The position numbers and the translations under genes were made by a program. Below are positions 1-8,774 of a stretch of DNA of 32,000 nucleotides, piece by piece (position 1 is the first letter of the stretch; every line of letters starts with the position of its first letter). The DNA is from Candidatus Harpocratesius repetitus (GTDB taxonomy: Archaea > Asgardarchaeota > Lokiarchaeia > Sigyniarchaeales > Promethearchaeaceae), in the NCBI GenBank assembly GCA_021498095.1, contig JAIZWK010000001.1:1290001-1322000 (forward strand). The letters are read 5' to 3'. The notes under the pieces are model-generated. The model had not been told where the DNA came from. It searched no databases and worked only from the letters and a program-made list of their open reading frames with translations.

Positions 1-36
1 AAAAAAAGGTAAAAAAAAATAAAGGATGTATAAAAA

Positions 37-1206
37 ATGGCAGAATTCGAATTAGGTCCGGCTGGTATTGTTCTTTTAGTCGTGCTAACTTTGGTATTTA
101 TCGCAGTATTTTTTGCTTCGCGATATCGAAAATTTAAAACAAATGTATATGTAATTCACTTGCGTAATGGGAAAGTACATTCAGCAGGTCGTGGCGGGAA
201 GGTAATAAAATTACCCTTAATTGATGAAATTGTGGTAATTCCCACAACCACGCGCAAAACCTTGTTAAATTCAAGTGAAAAAATCTTATCACGAGAATTT
301 CAAGATGTGAAAATCTCTGCAATTCTTTATTGGAGAGTCTCAAATCCTCAAACAGCATTTAATGCAGTTCAATGGGATCCTCGTTCACCTGATTACGTTG
401 AACACATTTTAAGCACAGCCACTGAAGCCATCATTCGAACAACATGTGCAGGTTTAGAAATTGAGAAAATCATTTGTGAAAGAACAGAGATAATTAAATT
501 GATTACTGATCAGCTATTAAATTTAACTCGTGATTGGGGTATTGTAATCGAAAGTTTAGAAATAACTGAAGTTCAAGTGCTAGATTCCCAGTTAAAGGAT
601 AATATGGAAGCAATTAAAAAAATCGAAGAAAAACGCAAGGCTAAATTATCTGAAGCCAATGCAGCTGAAAAATATCGATTAAGAGAAATTGAAGTAGCAC
701 GATTGGCTGGCGTTGCTGATAAGAATGCACAAATTCAAATTCAACAAGAAGAAATGAAACGGATGGAAATTGAAGCAGAAGCTTATAGAAAAGCCACAGT
801 GCTAAGGGCAAGAGCTGATGCTGAAGCAATACGAATGAAGAAACTTGCTGAATATCAGGCTGAAGCAGAAGGTGTGCGGCAAAAAATGATGGCAGAAGCT
901 GAAGGATTAGAAAAACAAGTTGCGGCTATCTCCAAAGCAGATCCAAATTTTATTACATTGAAGTTGTTAGAACGATTACCTGAAATATATTCAAAGTTGG
1001 CACCTGAAAAGATGATTGTTTTAGGAGAGGGGAGTCAGAGCTTCAATTCTTTGATTTCCAGCATTGTTCCAATGATGGAATTGCTACCCGATTTTCGAAG
1101 ATATATGAAAAATAAAGATTCATTCTCATCAGAACTTACGAGTACTTCACCAAAAAAAAAAATAAAGAAAGATCAAAAGATAGAAAGTATCGTTCGAGCT
1201 GCGTAG
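37..1206 (+). CDS. SPFH/band 7 (flotillin-like) membrane protein
   Basis: N-terminal TM helix, SPFH core (ILSREFQDVKISAILYWRV...GIVIESLEITEV) and Ala/Glu-rich coiled-coil tail (EAEA/AEAEG repeats) typical of flotillins; AAGGA upstream of ATG. Confidence 0.9.
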   Translation: MAEFELGPAGIVLLVVLTLVFIAVFFASRYRKFKTNVYVIHLRNGKVHSAGRGGKVIKLPLIDEIVVIPTTTRKTLLNSSEKILSREFQDVKISAILYWRVSNPQTAFNAVQWDPRSPDYVEHILSTATEAIIRTTCAGLEIEKIICERTEIIKLITDQLLNLTRDWGIVIESLEITEVQVLDSQLKDNMEAIKKIEEKRKAKLSEANAAEKYRLREIEVARLAGVADKNAQIQIQQEEMKRMEIEAEAYRKATVLRARADAEAIRMKKLAEYQAEAEGVRQKMMAEAEGLEKQVAAISKADPNFITLKLLERLPEIYSKLAPEKMIVLGEGSQSFNSLISSIVPMMELLPDFRRYMKNKDSFSSELTSTSPKKKIKKDQKIESIVRAA

Positions 1207-1476
1207 ATGATGATCAATCATAATACACATATTTATTTGAATGATTTACCAAAACTTTCAAAACTTTTGAAATATTTTTTTTTTCATCTATTTATTAATA
1301 TTTAGAGTGATTTATAAAGAAAAGATATTGAAATCAAAAAATAGTAAAGTTTATTGGAAAATCTCTCTTTTTTCCTTCACTATAAATACTAAAGGTGAAT
1401 TCCCATTTCTTCAGATTTACCTAATCAACACACATCCCCTTTTAAATACCCAAAATTCTCTAAACCATCATCTTTT

Positions 1477-2820
1477 TTGTGGTTAATTATTTTTGTTAAT
1501 TTCTTGCGAGTATTGGGCAATTCTTCCATTTCAATGGGACTTCCCAATTATATTGTGACATTGGATGGTGAATCTATGGCTTACGGCTTAGTTTTAGCAA
1601 TTTATACCCTTACTCAAACTGTTTTTCAAACTCCTCTTGCTCTGCTTTCTGATAGATTAGGTCGTAAGAGAATGGTATTAATTGGAATGGGTATTTTTTT
1701 AATAGGAACAATTTTATGCAGTATTGCCACCACCCTTCAACAATTAATTATTTTCAGAGGTGTGCAAGGCATTGGTGCTTATTCTTCAATTTTGTTAACT
1801 ATGATTACGGATACTTTTTCGAAAGAAAATCGTTCACGTGCGATTTCCTATTATATGATGTCCATGACGGGTGGTTATTTAGTGGGTACAATGGTAGGAG
1901 GCTTAATATCGGAATTTTTAGGAATGCGTGGCGTTTTTTTTGTTTGTGCTGTTCTTATTAGTTTGGCAATGTTAGCCATTTTAATTTTTCTTCAAGAAAC
2001 AGCCCCAAAACTTAAGATGCACAATATTTCAAGAATGGATGGGACAAGTGGAGATCTTATACTAAAGAATATTGAAAATTCATATGATTTTGAGAAATTC
2101 TATCACCAAATAAAAGTGGATGAGTGTAATAACAATAAATCCAACATCAATAAAACCTATAACAATAAATCCAATCTCAATAAATCTTATAACAATAAAT
2201 CTCATTACATTAAATCTAACAATAATAATATTCTCTCAAAATCATATAAAAAAGAATGGATATTCATCCAGCAAAAGGAATTTATTTTTGGTGTAGGAAT
2301 GAATGCCATCAGAAGTTTCACTATTTCAGGATTAATTGCTTATCAGATTTGGCTTTTTACCCAAGATTTCAAACTATCTGAGTTTAATTCGGCGTTAATT
2401 CTATTGCCTCTTACATTAGTGTATATTGGAGGTATTTTTTCTGCTCCAACCCTTTCTAAACGATTTGGATTATTGCGTTTTATTAATGTTGCATCAATTT
2501 CTTTCGTAGTATCTGGCTTATTTTTAATTCTGGTTAACCAATTATGGTTTTTTGTCTTGCTTTCAATGCTCGGAGCTTTTAGTTTAGGTATGATAGATCC
2601 CGAAATCACTACTTTTACGCAATCACATCTGCCAATTCATGGAAGAGGCTTAGGTAATGGGATTTATAATACCTTTGGATTTCTCTTTACTGCTTTAGGG
2701 CAATTTGCTCTTCCTGCAATAAATAGTCTTCTGGGATATTCTGGTGTATACGGCTTTTTGATTGGATTATGGATATTCATATCTTTGATAACATATAGAA
2801 TTTGGAAAAAATATAATTAA
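1477..2820 (+). CDS. MFS transporter (12 TM) with Asn/Lys-rich central loop; true start may be ATT at 1405
   Basis: MFS motif A (LSDRLGRKRMV), two hydrophobic 6-TM halves; frame is open upstream to TGA at 1396-1398. Confidence 0.9.
   Translation: MWLIIFVNFLRVLGNSSISMGLPNYIVTLDGESMAYGLVLAIYTLTQTVFQTPLALLSDRLGRKRMVLIGMGIFLIGTILCSIATTLQQLIIFRGVQGIGAYSSILLTMITDTFSKENRSRAISYYMMSMTGGYLVGTMVGGLISEFLGMRGVFFVCAVLISLAMLAILIFLQETAPKLKMHNISRMDGTSGDLILKNIENSYDFEKFYHQIKVDECNNNKSNINKTYNNKSNLNKSYNNKSHYIKSNNNNILSKSYKKEWIFIQQKEFIFGVGMNAIRSFTISGLIAYQIWLFTQDFKLSEFNSALILLPLTLVYIGGIFSAPTLSKRFGLLRFINVASISFVVSGLFLILVNQLWFFVLLSMLGAFSLGMIDPEITTFTQSHLPIHGRGLGNGIYNTFGFLFTALGQFALPAINSLLGYSGVYGFLIGLWIFISLITYRIWKKYN
2131..2220 (+). 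repeat. In-frame 15-bp tandem repeat x6 (30-bp higher-order unit x3) inside the MFS gene
   Basis: aacaataaatccaac/atcaataaaacctat/aacaataaatccaat/ctcaataaatcttat/aacaataaatctcat/tacattaaatctaac = NNKSN INKTY NNKSN LNKSY NNKSH YIKSN. Confidence 0.9.
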
Positions 2821-2830
2821 TTTGTACCTT

Positions 2831-3754
2831 CTAAAACGAATATGTATTGATTAGATTTAGTAATTTTTTTGGATGATCGGTAAAAATTCCATCAACATTC
2901 CAATCCAAAAGCTTACGCATAGTGTTTTCGTCGTTAATTGTCCAAACATGCACTGCAATTCCTACTGTATGAGCAAATTCTATAAATTCGGGATTAATTA
3001 TTTGGAAAATAGAATAACTTTCTGGAATTTGAAGTGCGATATAAGGTAATTTTTTTCCAAAAAATTTAATTTGGCAATGTTCCCACTCTTCAACTATATC
3101 CGTTGTTTCATAAGTTCGATTATGTACTTCCGTTTTATCGTATCCCGCGTTGATGCTGTTTATCGAACTTTTTGCATTTTTGGATTTTATCCAAAATTGG
3201 AGTACTTCTTTAGGACCTGCAGAGGTTGAAATCTCAGGTGCTACTTTTCTGAATGAATTAATCTGCTTTTGATGAAAAGATCCAACCATTACACGTTCTT
3301 CAACGCCCATTTCTCTAAGTTGTTTTGCTAATAATTTGGGTGCTACAGAATTTCGATCTTTAATATCAATATTAAATCGTATTTTAGGAAAAATTGGAAT
3401 TATTTCTTCAATTGCGTATATTCTATATCCTTTTCCTCGATAAGGATAGGTAATCTTTCCATTTTCAATTTGTATGAAATTATAACCTGCATCAAGTTGT
3501 TTTAATTCTTTCAATGTGTATTTAGAGATTTTTCCATTACCATTTGTAGTGCGATTTAGTTTTTCATCATGGAAAAAGACGAAATGATTGTCTTTTGTTA
3601 AATGAATATCAGTTTCAATGCAATCTACCCCGCTATTAAATGCGTCTTCAAAAGCTTGAAGAGTATTTTCAGGAATATTAGCACTTTCACCTCGATGAGC
3701 CATTACAAGAGGGCGGTAATTTTTAATAAAGGGATTTTTTGAAAGATTCCACAT
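2831..3754 (-). CDS. Glycerophosphodiester phosphodiesterase (GDPD family)
   Basis: AHRG, PENTL, IETDIHLTKD, FFHD, VHVWTIN and GIFTD motifs of the GDPD TIM barrel. Confidence 0.93.
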   Translation of the reverse strand: MWNLSKNPFIKNYRPLVMAHRGESANIPENTLQAFEDAFNSGVDCIETDIHLTKDNHFVFFHDEKLNRTTNGNGKISKYTLKELKQLDAGYNFIQIENGKITYPYRGKGYRIYAIEEIIPIFPKIRFNIDIKDRNSVAPKLLAKQLREMGVEERVMVGSFHQKQINSFRKVAPEISTSAGPKEVLQFWIKSKNAKSSINSINAGYDKTEVHNRTYETTDIVEEWEHCQIKFFGKKLPYIALQIPESYSIFQIINPEFIEFAHTVGIAVHVWTINDENTMRKLLDWNVDGIFTDHPKKLLNLINTYSF

Positions 3755-3877
3755 TAAGTGATCAAGTTAAACAAATAGGGATGAAAAAAAATGTTTTGCA
3801 TGAAATTATGATCTTTTATTAATCTTTAAACATTTTTATCGTAAAATTTGTAAATACATAATAGCAAATCACGTTAT

Positions 3878-4684
3878 TTAACCAGGGATCATAGAACTTT
3901 CAGATTTTGTAAATCGTTTTGCTGTGGAGATATGATCGATTGAAGGGATAAAGAAATTTTCGTCGATTTCATTGATTTTAGAAAGGTGGTGCTTTGGTTT
4001 GGTTGTTTGAATTATTTCTGAAGGTTTTAATATGTTTCCTTTAAAAATTTGAGTAATCTCTTTCTTATAATCATTTTTTATATTACCTGTATCAGGTGTT
4101 TTGTAATTTGGAATTTTATTTGAAAAAAGTTGTGCATTATTTTTTGTGGTAATTGGAGGAGAATTTAAAGATAATTTATTTGATGTATTATTTCTTGGAA
4201 TTGGAGGTGGTGGGTGTGGTGAATGTGGTGGAGATGTTGAAGTGATTGAATATGGAGGGTAATATGGTTGTTGTCCATGATATGGTTGATGGTATTGTGA
4301 TTTTGTATGATATAAGATTTGTGTCGATGAGGGGCTCAGCCCTTGGACAATTAAGGGAGAAGTTTCTTGATTTTTTTGGAGGCTTTGTTTCAGCATCATT
4401 TTCAAATATAGGTTTTCTTCTTCAATTGTGGTAATTAACTTTCGTTCAACTCGATTCTTCTTCTTTTTCATGTGATCGTATTTCTTTTTGGTTACAAGTA
4501 GCGAATTCAATACATAATTAAAGGTTATATAAGAGTGTGTAGAATGTGCCAAATTTTTACGCATTTTTTGTAATTCTTGATAAATTTCATCAGAAACTCT
4601 TATAGAATGATTAACTTTTTGTGATTTACGTTTTTTTTCTTTGGTAATTGAAGAATTGAACAGTGTTTTTTGAATCAAAGTCAC
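3878..4684 (-). CDS. Hypothetical protein: RHH-like N-terminus, coiled coil, Pro-rich region, WH2-like motif
   Basis: SIRVSDEIYQELQKMR...TFNYVLNSLL (strand-helix-helix); basic coiled coil at aa 66-104; PPHSPHPPPPIP; EITQIFKGNILKPS; GTG start. Confidence 0.65.
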   Translation of the reverse strand: MTLIQKTLFNSSITKEKKRKSQKVNHSIRVSDEIYQELQKMRKNLAHSTHSYITFNYVLNSLLVTKKKYDHMKKKKNRVERKLITTIEEENLYLKMMLKQSLQKNQETSPLIVQGLSPSSTQILYHTKSQYHQPYHGQQPYYPPYSITSTSPPHSPHPPPPIPRNNTSNKLSLNSPPITTKNNAQLFSNKIPNYKTPDTGNIKNDYKKEITQIFKGNILKPSEIIQTTKPKHHLSKINEIDENFFIPSIDHISTAKRFTKSESSMIPG

Positions 4685-5049
4685 AATTGGAATAAAATTA
4701 TACGAATTATTAATTAGCTTGACCTTGCTTATTTTTTTGATCTTGAAATTGAATCACTGCAAATCTAAATTTTTTGTTTATCTTATTTGGATATTCTAAA
4801 ATTCTTTCATAAAAAGAAGAATAGAATGATTTCTAAAGTATCGGCTAATTAATATAGAGAATATTGATTATTTACAAGATTCCTCTTCAATTATATATTT
4901 TGCAATCATAATATAAAGATCATAAGATGTACTATTATTATTAATTGATAAAATTAAATCAACAATAAATTTGAGAAGGATATTAGGAGAAATTTATATA
5001 AAATCCTATTAATTTAATGTTATCTTCCTTATCTCTGATAATAATATTT

Positions 5050-5064
5050 TTGCATAATATGCAA
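5050..5064. promoter_or_regulatory. Inverted repeat, candidate operator in the 554-bp divergent intergenic region
   Basis: TTGCATA-A-TATGCAA, perfect 7-bp arms. Confidence 0.35.
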
Positions 5065-5193
5065 GATTAAAAAAGTTTTTATAGTCATAGTGTTTTAAGT
5101 AATCTAATAATTATTTCCAAATCAGAAGGGTTTTTTTCTTTTATAAAAATCGCCATCAGAGGTTTGGCTGATTTCGACGCATCAAGGTTGCTT

Positions 5194-5213
5194 ATCTCAA
5201 ATTAATTTGGGAT
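5194..5213. promoter_or_regulatory. Palindrome, candidate autoregulatory operator of the ArsR-type gene
   Basis: ATCTCAAATTAATTTGGGAT with perfect 12-bp core CAAATTAATTTG, 25 nt upstream of ATG 5239 and downstream of TTTATAAA at about 5140. Confidence 0.4.
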
Positions 5214-5238
5214 CAAAATTACAAAATGGGGTAAATAT

Positions 5239-6771
5239 ATGGTTGAACAACTTGTACAAACACCACTTTCAACCTTATTATATAGGGAAAAATTGGATAA
5301 AATAACTTCTGTGTTGAAATCATTAGCCAATGAAAAGCGTATTGATGCTTTAATACTACTGGATTCTCAATCTCCTCTCGATTTTCAAATTATAAAGGAT
5401 CAATTACAAATTTCAAAGACTGCTTTATCCAATCATTTGAATATTTTAGAAAAAGAACATTTAATCACAAGGATTTCAAGAGGAATTTACGCAATTACCA
5501 AAAAAGGTTCCACTTTCTTAAGTGTAAATGCTTCATTGGTAATGGATATTGAAAAAAATTTGATGTATTATCTTCAATCTAACGTTAAAATTCAAAAAAA
5601 AAATAATCAAAATTCTTTTTCATCTGAAATGTGTGTGATCTTGGATAAACCCTCGACATATATACCAAGTTTTAACTCTCTTTCAACCGGAATTGCAATA
5701 TTTCAGCAGCTAGTGCAGATTGAATTTCCAAAACATTGGATTTCAGCGATTATGGGCATCTGTTTTTTAAATTGCTTGTCTATCGAAAAATATGAACTAA
5801 TGTACCAATATCAAAACATTACTAAACTGGATTTACTTAAAAATTTAGAGCAATTTGGAATATATTTTATATCATATTATGAAGAACGAAGTCATATTCT
5901 AAGTTCAGATGTAATTTCTTTAGAAGATTTTAATCGAGCAAAAAATATTTTCACTCTAATTAAAAATGAGTTAAAAAAAACAAAAAAACCTATTTTAATT
6001 TTTGGACTTGATTATCCTGGATATTCGTTGATTGTAGGGATTCAAGAAGATAATTATATTGTGGATGTACTTGAAGCAAATATTCCTATAAAGCGAAAAA
6101 TTATTCGATTTGATAATTTTATTCAAACACCATTTTTGAATATTGTAATAGTTAGGGAATATGATAAAACTATTCACTCTACACCAGAATTATCTCATGA
6201 AAAAGTAAGATCTTTTATAAAAAATCGAAAAAATATCAATGGATTCGAAAAGCTAAGCAAAATTGAAAGATCCCAAAAAATTGGTATAATAAAAATGCAA
6301 GAAACAAAAAATATGGACATATTTCCAGTTATTTTAAAAAATGCTGTTGATCTTGCATCAGGAAATTTCCAATCAAATACAGACGAATATACAGGAGAAA
6401 ATGTGTATAATGCTTGGAAAATTTTAATAAAAGAAGTATTGATATATGAACATGAGTCATGTATAGAAAAATGTAAAAATTTGCTAAATCTGTGCAATTA
6501 TTTCATAGAAATGAAGGAAGATGCATTTAAATTTTTGAATGATTTGGCTGAAAAAAATAAACGTTCTTCAAAAGAATTTTTACTGCGTTCTGCTGCAAAT
6601 TTATATTTTAAAATTATGAAAAACATGCTGCTTATACAAAATTATCTTAAAGAATTATTAACGAACACAAAAATAGACTCACATTGTGCATTTGAAGAGA
6701 TTTTAGACGAAAATACTGTGTTTGAACATAAAGCAATAAAGTTTCTTAAAGATTGTACATATCTTTGGTAG
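5239..6771 (+). CDS. ArsR-type winged-HTH regulator with a large C-terminal domain (possibly BtrH/C39-like fold)
   Basis: LKSLANEKRIDALILL...ISKTALSNHLNILEKEHLITR ArsR signature; KPILIFGLDYPGYSLIVGIQEDNY resembles C39/BtrH-like strands (inference). Confidence 0.75.
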   Translation: MVEQLVQTPLSTLLYREKLDKITSVLKSLANEKRIDALILLDSQSPLDFQIIKDQLQISKTALSNHLNILEKEHLITRISRGIYAITKKGSTFLSVNASLVMDIEKNLMYYLQSNVKIQKKNNQNSFSSEMCVILDKPSTYIPSFNSLSTGIAIFQQLVQIEFPKHWISAIMGICFLNCLSIEKYELMYQYQNITKLDLLKNLEQFGIYFISYYEERSHILSSDVISLEDFNRAKNIFTLIKNELKKTKKPILIFGLDYPGYSLIVGIQEDNYIVDVLEANIPIKRKIIRFDNFIQTPFLNIVIVREYDKTIHSTPELSHEKVRSFIKNRKNINGFEKLSKIERSQKIGIIKMQETKNMDIFPVILKNAVDLASGNFQSNTDEYTGENVYNAWKILIKEVLIYEHESCIEKCKNLLNLCNYFIEMKEDAFKFLNDLAEKNKRSSKEFLLRSAANLYFKIMKNMLLIQNYLKELLTNTKIDSHCAFEEILDENTVFEHKAIKFLKDCTYLW

Positions 6772-6904
6772 TGAATAAAACGAGATCAAGAATTTAGAAT
6801 TAACGATGAAGGAAAGCTTTTTTTCTAATTTTCTTCTCAATGAAGATAAAACTACTACAAAAAGCGAAGGATTTTTTTTCAAAATACACTAAGTCAGTTT
6901 TGAG

Positions 6905-7591
6905 GTGAAGAAGCTGGATGAAAAATCAATAAAAATTGAAAATGACACATTGAAAAAAAATTCATTTTCTAAACAGAGCGCTGATGCTTCTTCATCATCA
7001 CTATCTACCTCTTCAGCAAATGTTTCACCACTCATTTCTGATACTCAAGTTATTAGAGACCCAGTTCTAATGAATTTAATTAGTAGCGATGATGTTCGAA
7101 ATATCCGATTGTTACTCATTACAGGAGAAAAAAATTTTGATGAACTTCGAAAATTTTCCGGGATTAAAGAAGAATCTTTGAAATCATTATTATTTACATT
7201 AATCTCAAAAGGCATTATTAAATTTCATGAAAAAAAAATATCAAACACCTCATCAAGTGATACTTTTTATTCTATTACAGCAAAACATTTTATCTATCAG
7301 CAAAAAGAAGAAATTATTTTTAATGATCTAGAAATAGTTGGGCAACTAAATCATAAAAAAAAACTTATTTTACTTAATCTAATTCAATCTGAATCTAAAA
7401 CCATCATGGATTTAAGTCGTAAAACCGATATGAATCCCGGAACGGTAAAACGCCACCTTTCTGATCTAATAGAAGCGCAATTAGTTACAATTGCTAAAGA
7501 AGAATTTAATAATCGCCGTATTCTATTGAAATATTATATTACTGTCGCGAAAAAGATGATTTTTCATTATGAATGGCCAAACATGGATTAG
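6905..7591 (+). CDS. Tandem ArsR-like winged-HTH regulator
   Basis: Two wHTH units (NFDELRKFSGIKEESLKSLLFTLISKGII; TIMDLSRKTDMNPGTVKRHLSDLIEAQLV); start codon uncertain (GTG 6905 or CTG 6914). Confidence 0.8.
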   Translation: MKKLDEKSIKIENDTLKKNSFSKQSADASSSSLSTSSANVSPLISDTQVIRDPVLMNLISSDDVRNIRLLLITGEKNFDELRKFSGIKEESLKSLLFTLISKGIIKFHEKKISNTSSSDTFYSITAKHFIYQQKEEIIFNDLEIVGQLNHKKKLILLNLIQSESKTIMDLSRKTDMNPGTVKRHLSDLIEAQLVTIAKEEFNNRRILLKYYITVAKKMIFHYEWPNMD

Positions 7592-7670
7592 GATATTGTA
7601 GAATAATGATGAGTCGGAGAATAAACCAAGACAATTAATAGAATTATTGAGATCTCTATTCTCTTTTGTT

Positions 7671-8525
7671 TTAAGTAAGAAATATGCGCAAAATTAAAGA
7701 GTTTAAGTCTAATGAATCCAGTAACTCGTATTGGTGGACTATGTATGGATAAAGTGTTTTGGAATATGCTAATAATCTATTTGCTTCAGGTATTCTTTGC
7801 TTTATGGTATTATGAAGCTGAATTGCAATCATAACTAATATCCTACGTAAAAGATCTTCTTCCAAATTAAGCGGGTTTAAATTTACAACATTCCATCCTA
7901 ATTCTCCATAAGATATGCTTTTCAACTCTGGATAATCTTGAGTTTCAGGCATTTGTTGAAAATCTTCAAGTAAATTTTTAATCTCTTTATGAATTTCTGG
8001 AACCTTATCTGGATCAATATATGCAAAATATTCAATTAGAATATTAGTTAAGCGATTATATATTTGCTGAAAAATACCAATCATATCAAACATACGCGCC
8101 ATTCCACCTGAAATTATTTTCTCGGCTTGTGCCCATTGATCATGAAGTTCATCGAGTACTTCTCCAAAATCTGCAAAACGTTCTTGGTTAATTAATGTTT
8201 CTTCCAATTCATAGGGAGTAAGGTGATATTTTTCTAGAAACATTTGATAAATAACTTCAAGTCTAGAACGCATAATTTCAGGATTTTTATCTTTTGATCC
8301 TGCTGCTATAAGAAGTAAGTCAGTATCAGGATGATTTGAATAAACCCAACTTAGTCCTGCCATTAAAATTGATGAAATACCATGAGATTGAAGTTCGACT
8401 TCAGAAAATGAATTTAACGCAGTTAACAATCCAGAAACTAGATCTGGATCTAAACGTAACTCAGAGTAACTTCGATAGAATAATGTAGTTGAATTGAATT
8501 TATTGATTATCCAAATGAAGTTCAA
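7671..8525 (-). CDS. Longin-like domain protein (Asgard type) with helical C-terminus
   Basis: FIWIINKFNSTTLFYRSY-x-DPDLVSGLLTALNSFS-x-ISSILMAGLSWVY-x-LLLIAA longin pattern; TTG start. Confidence 0.7.
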   Translation of the reverse strand: MNFIWIINKFNSTTLFYRSYSELRLDPDLVSGLLTALNSFSEVELQSHGISSILMAGLSWVYSNHPDTDLLLIAAGSKDKNPEIMRSRLEVIYQMFLEKYHLTPYELEETLINQERFADFGEVLDELHDQWAQAEKIISGGMARMFDMIGIFQQIYNRLTNILIEYFAYIDPDKVPEIHKEIKNLLEDFQQMPETQDYPELKSISYGELGWNVVNLNPLNLEEDLLRRILVMIAIQLHNTIKQRIPEANRLLAYSKTLYPYIVHQYELLDSLDLNSLILRIFLT

Positions 8526-8774
8526 TACTTTACACCCATAGTATTATATTAATAATATACTACTTTGCTTTTTGAGTTAAAGAATTTATTGCTGAGTAGA
8601 TTCAAAATATTATTTTTATTTTTTTATTGCATGGCAAAGGCGGGTGGCAAATACATAAGAAAATTTAACTGAATTGTATAACTCTTTGAAAAAATTCCAT
8701 CTTTGATTGGAAAGTTTCCATTTCACAAAGTAAAAATAGTTTTAACCGTTAAAGTTCTATGGGTAACTATCATC

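Noticed and set aside
1152-1162. A11 homopolymer near the flotillin 3' end as a phase-variation tract
   Set aside because: It encodes a Lys run in the disordered tail, slippage would change only the last residues, and A-runs are common here.
2131-2220. Repeat array as a possible CRISPR
   Set aside because: Units are contiguous with no unique spacers, in frame in a CDS, and there are no cas genes.
5147-5174. Hairpin AAATCGCCA...TGGC-T-GATTT as a riboswitch-like leader
   Set aside because: Short stem immediately after the putative TATA box, so probably not fully transcribed; no known aptamer features.
4685-5238. parC-like iteron array or hidden gene in the 554-bp intergenic region
   Set aside because: Only short degenerate AT-rich similarities and no ORF of 60 aa or more; only the two palindromes were kept.
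7606-7650. Possible box C/D sRNA (ATGATGA ... TTGA); similar partial boxes near 1207, 25405-25415 and 27323-27347
   Set aside because: No complete C-D'-C'-D set or identifiable guide, and such words are frequent in AT-rich DNA.
8703-8774. 24-aa N-terminal extension of the GTPase from TTG 8703
   Set aside because: No SD or recognisable function; ATG 8775 gives a typical GTPase N-terminus.
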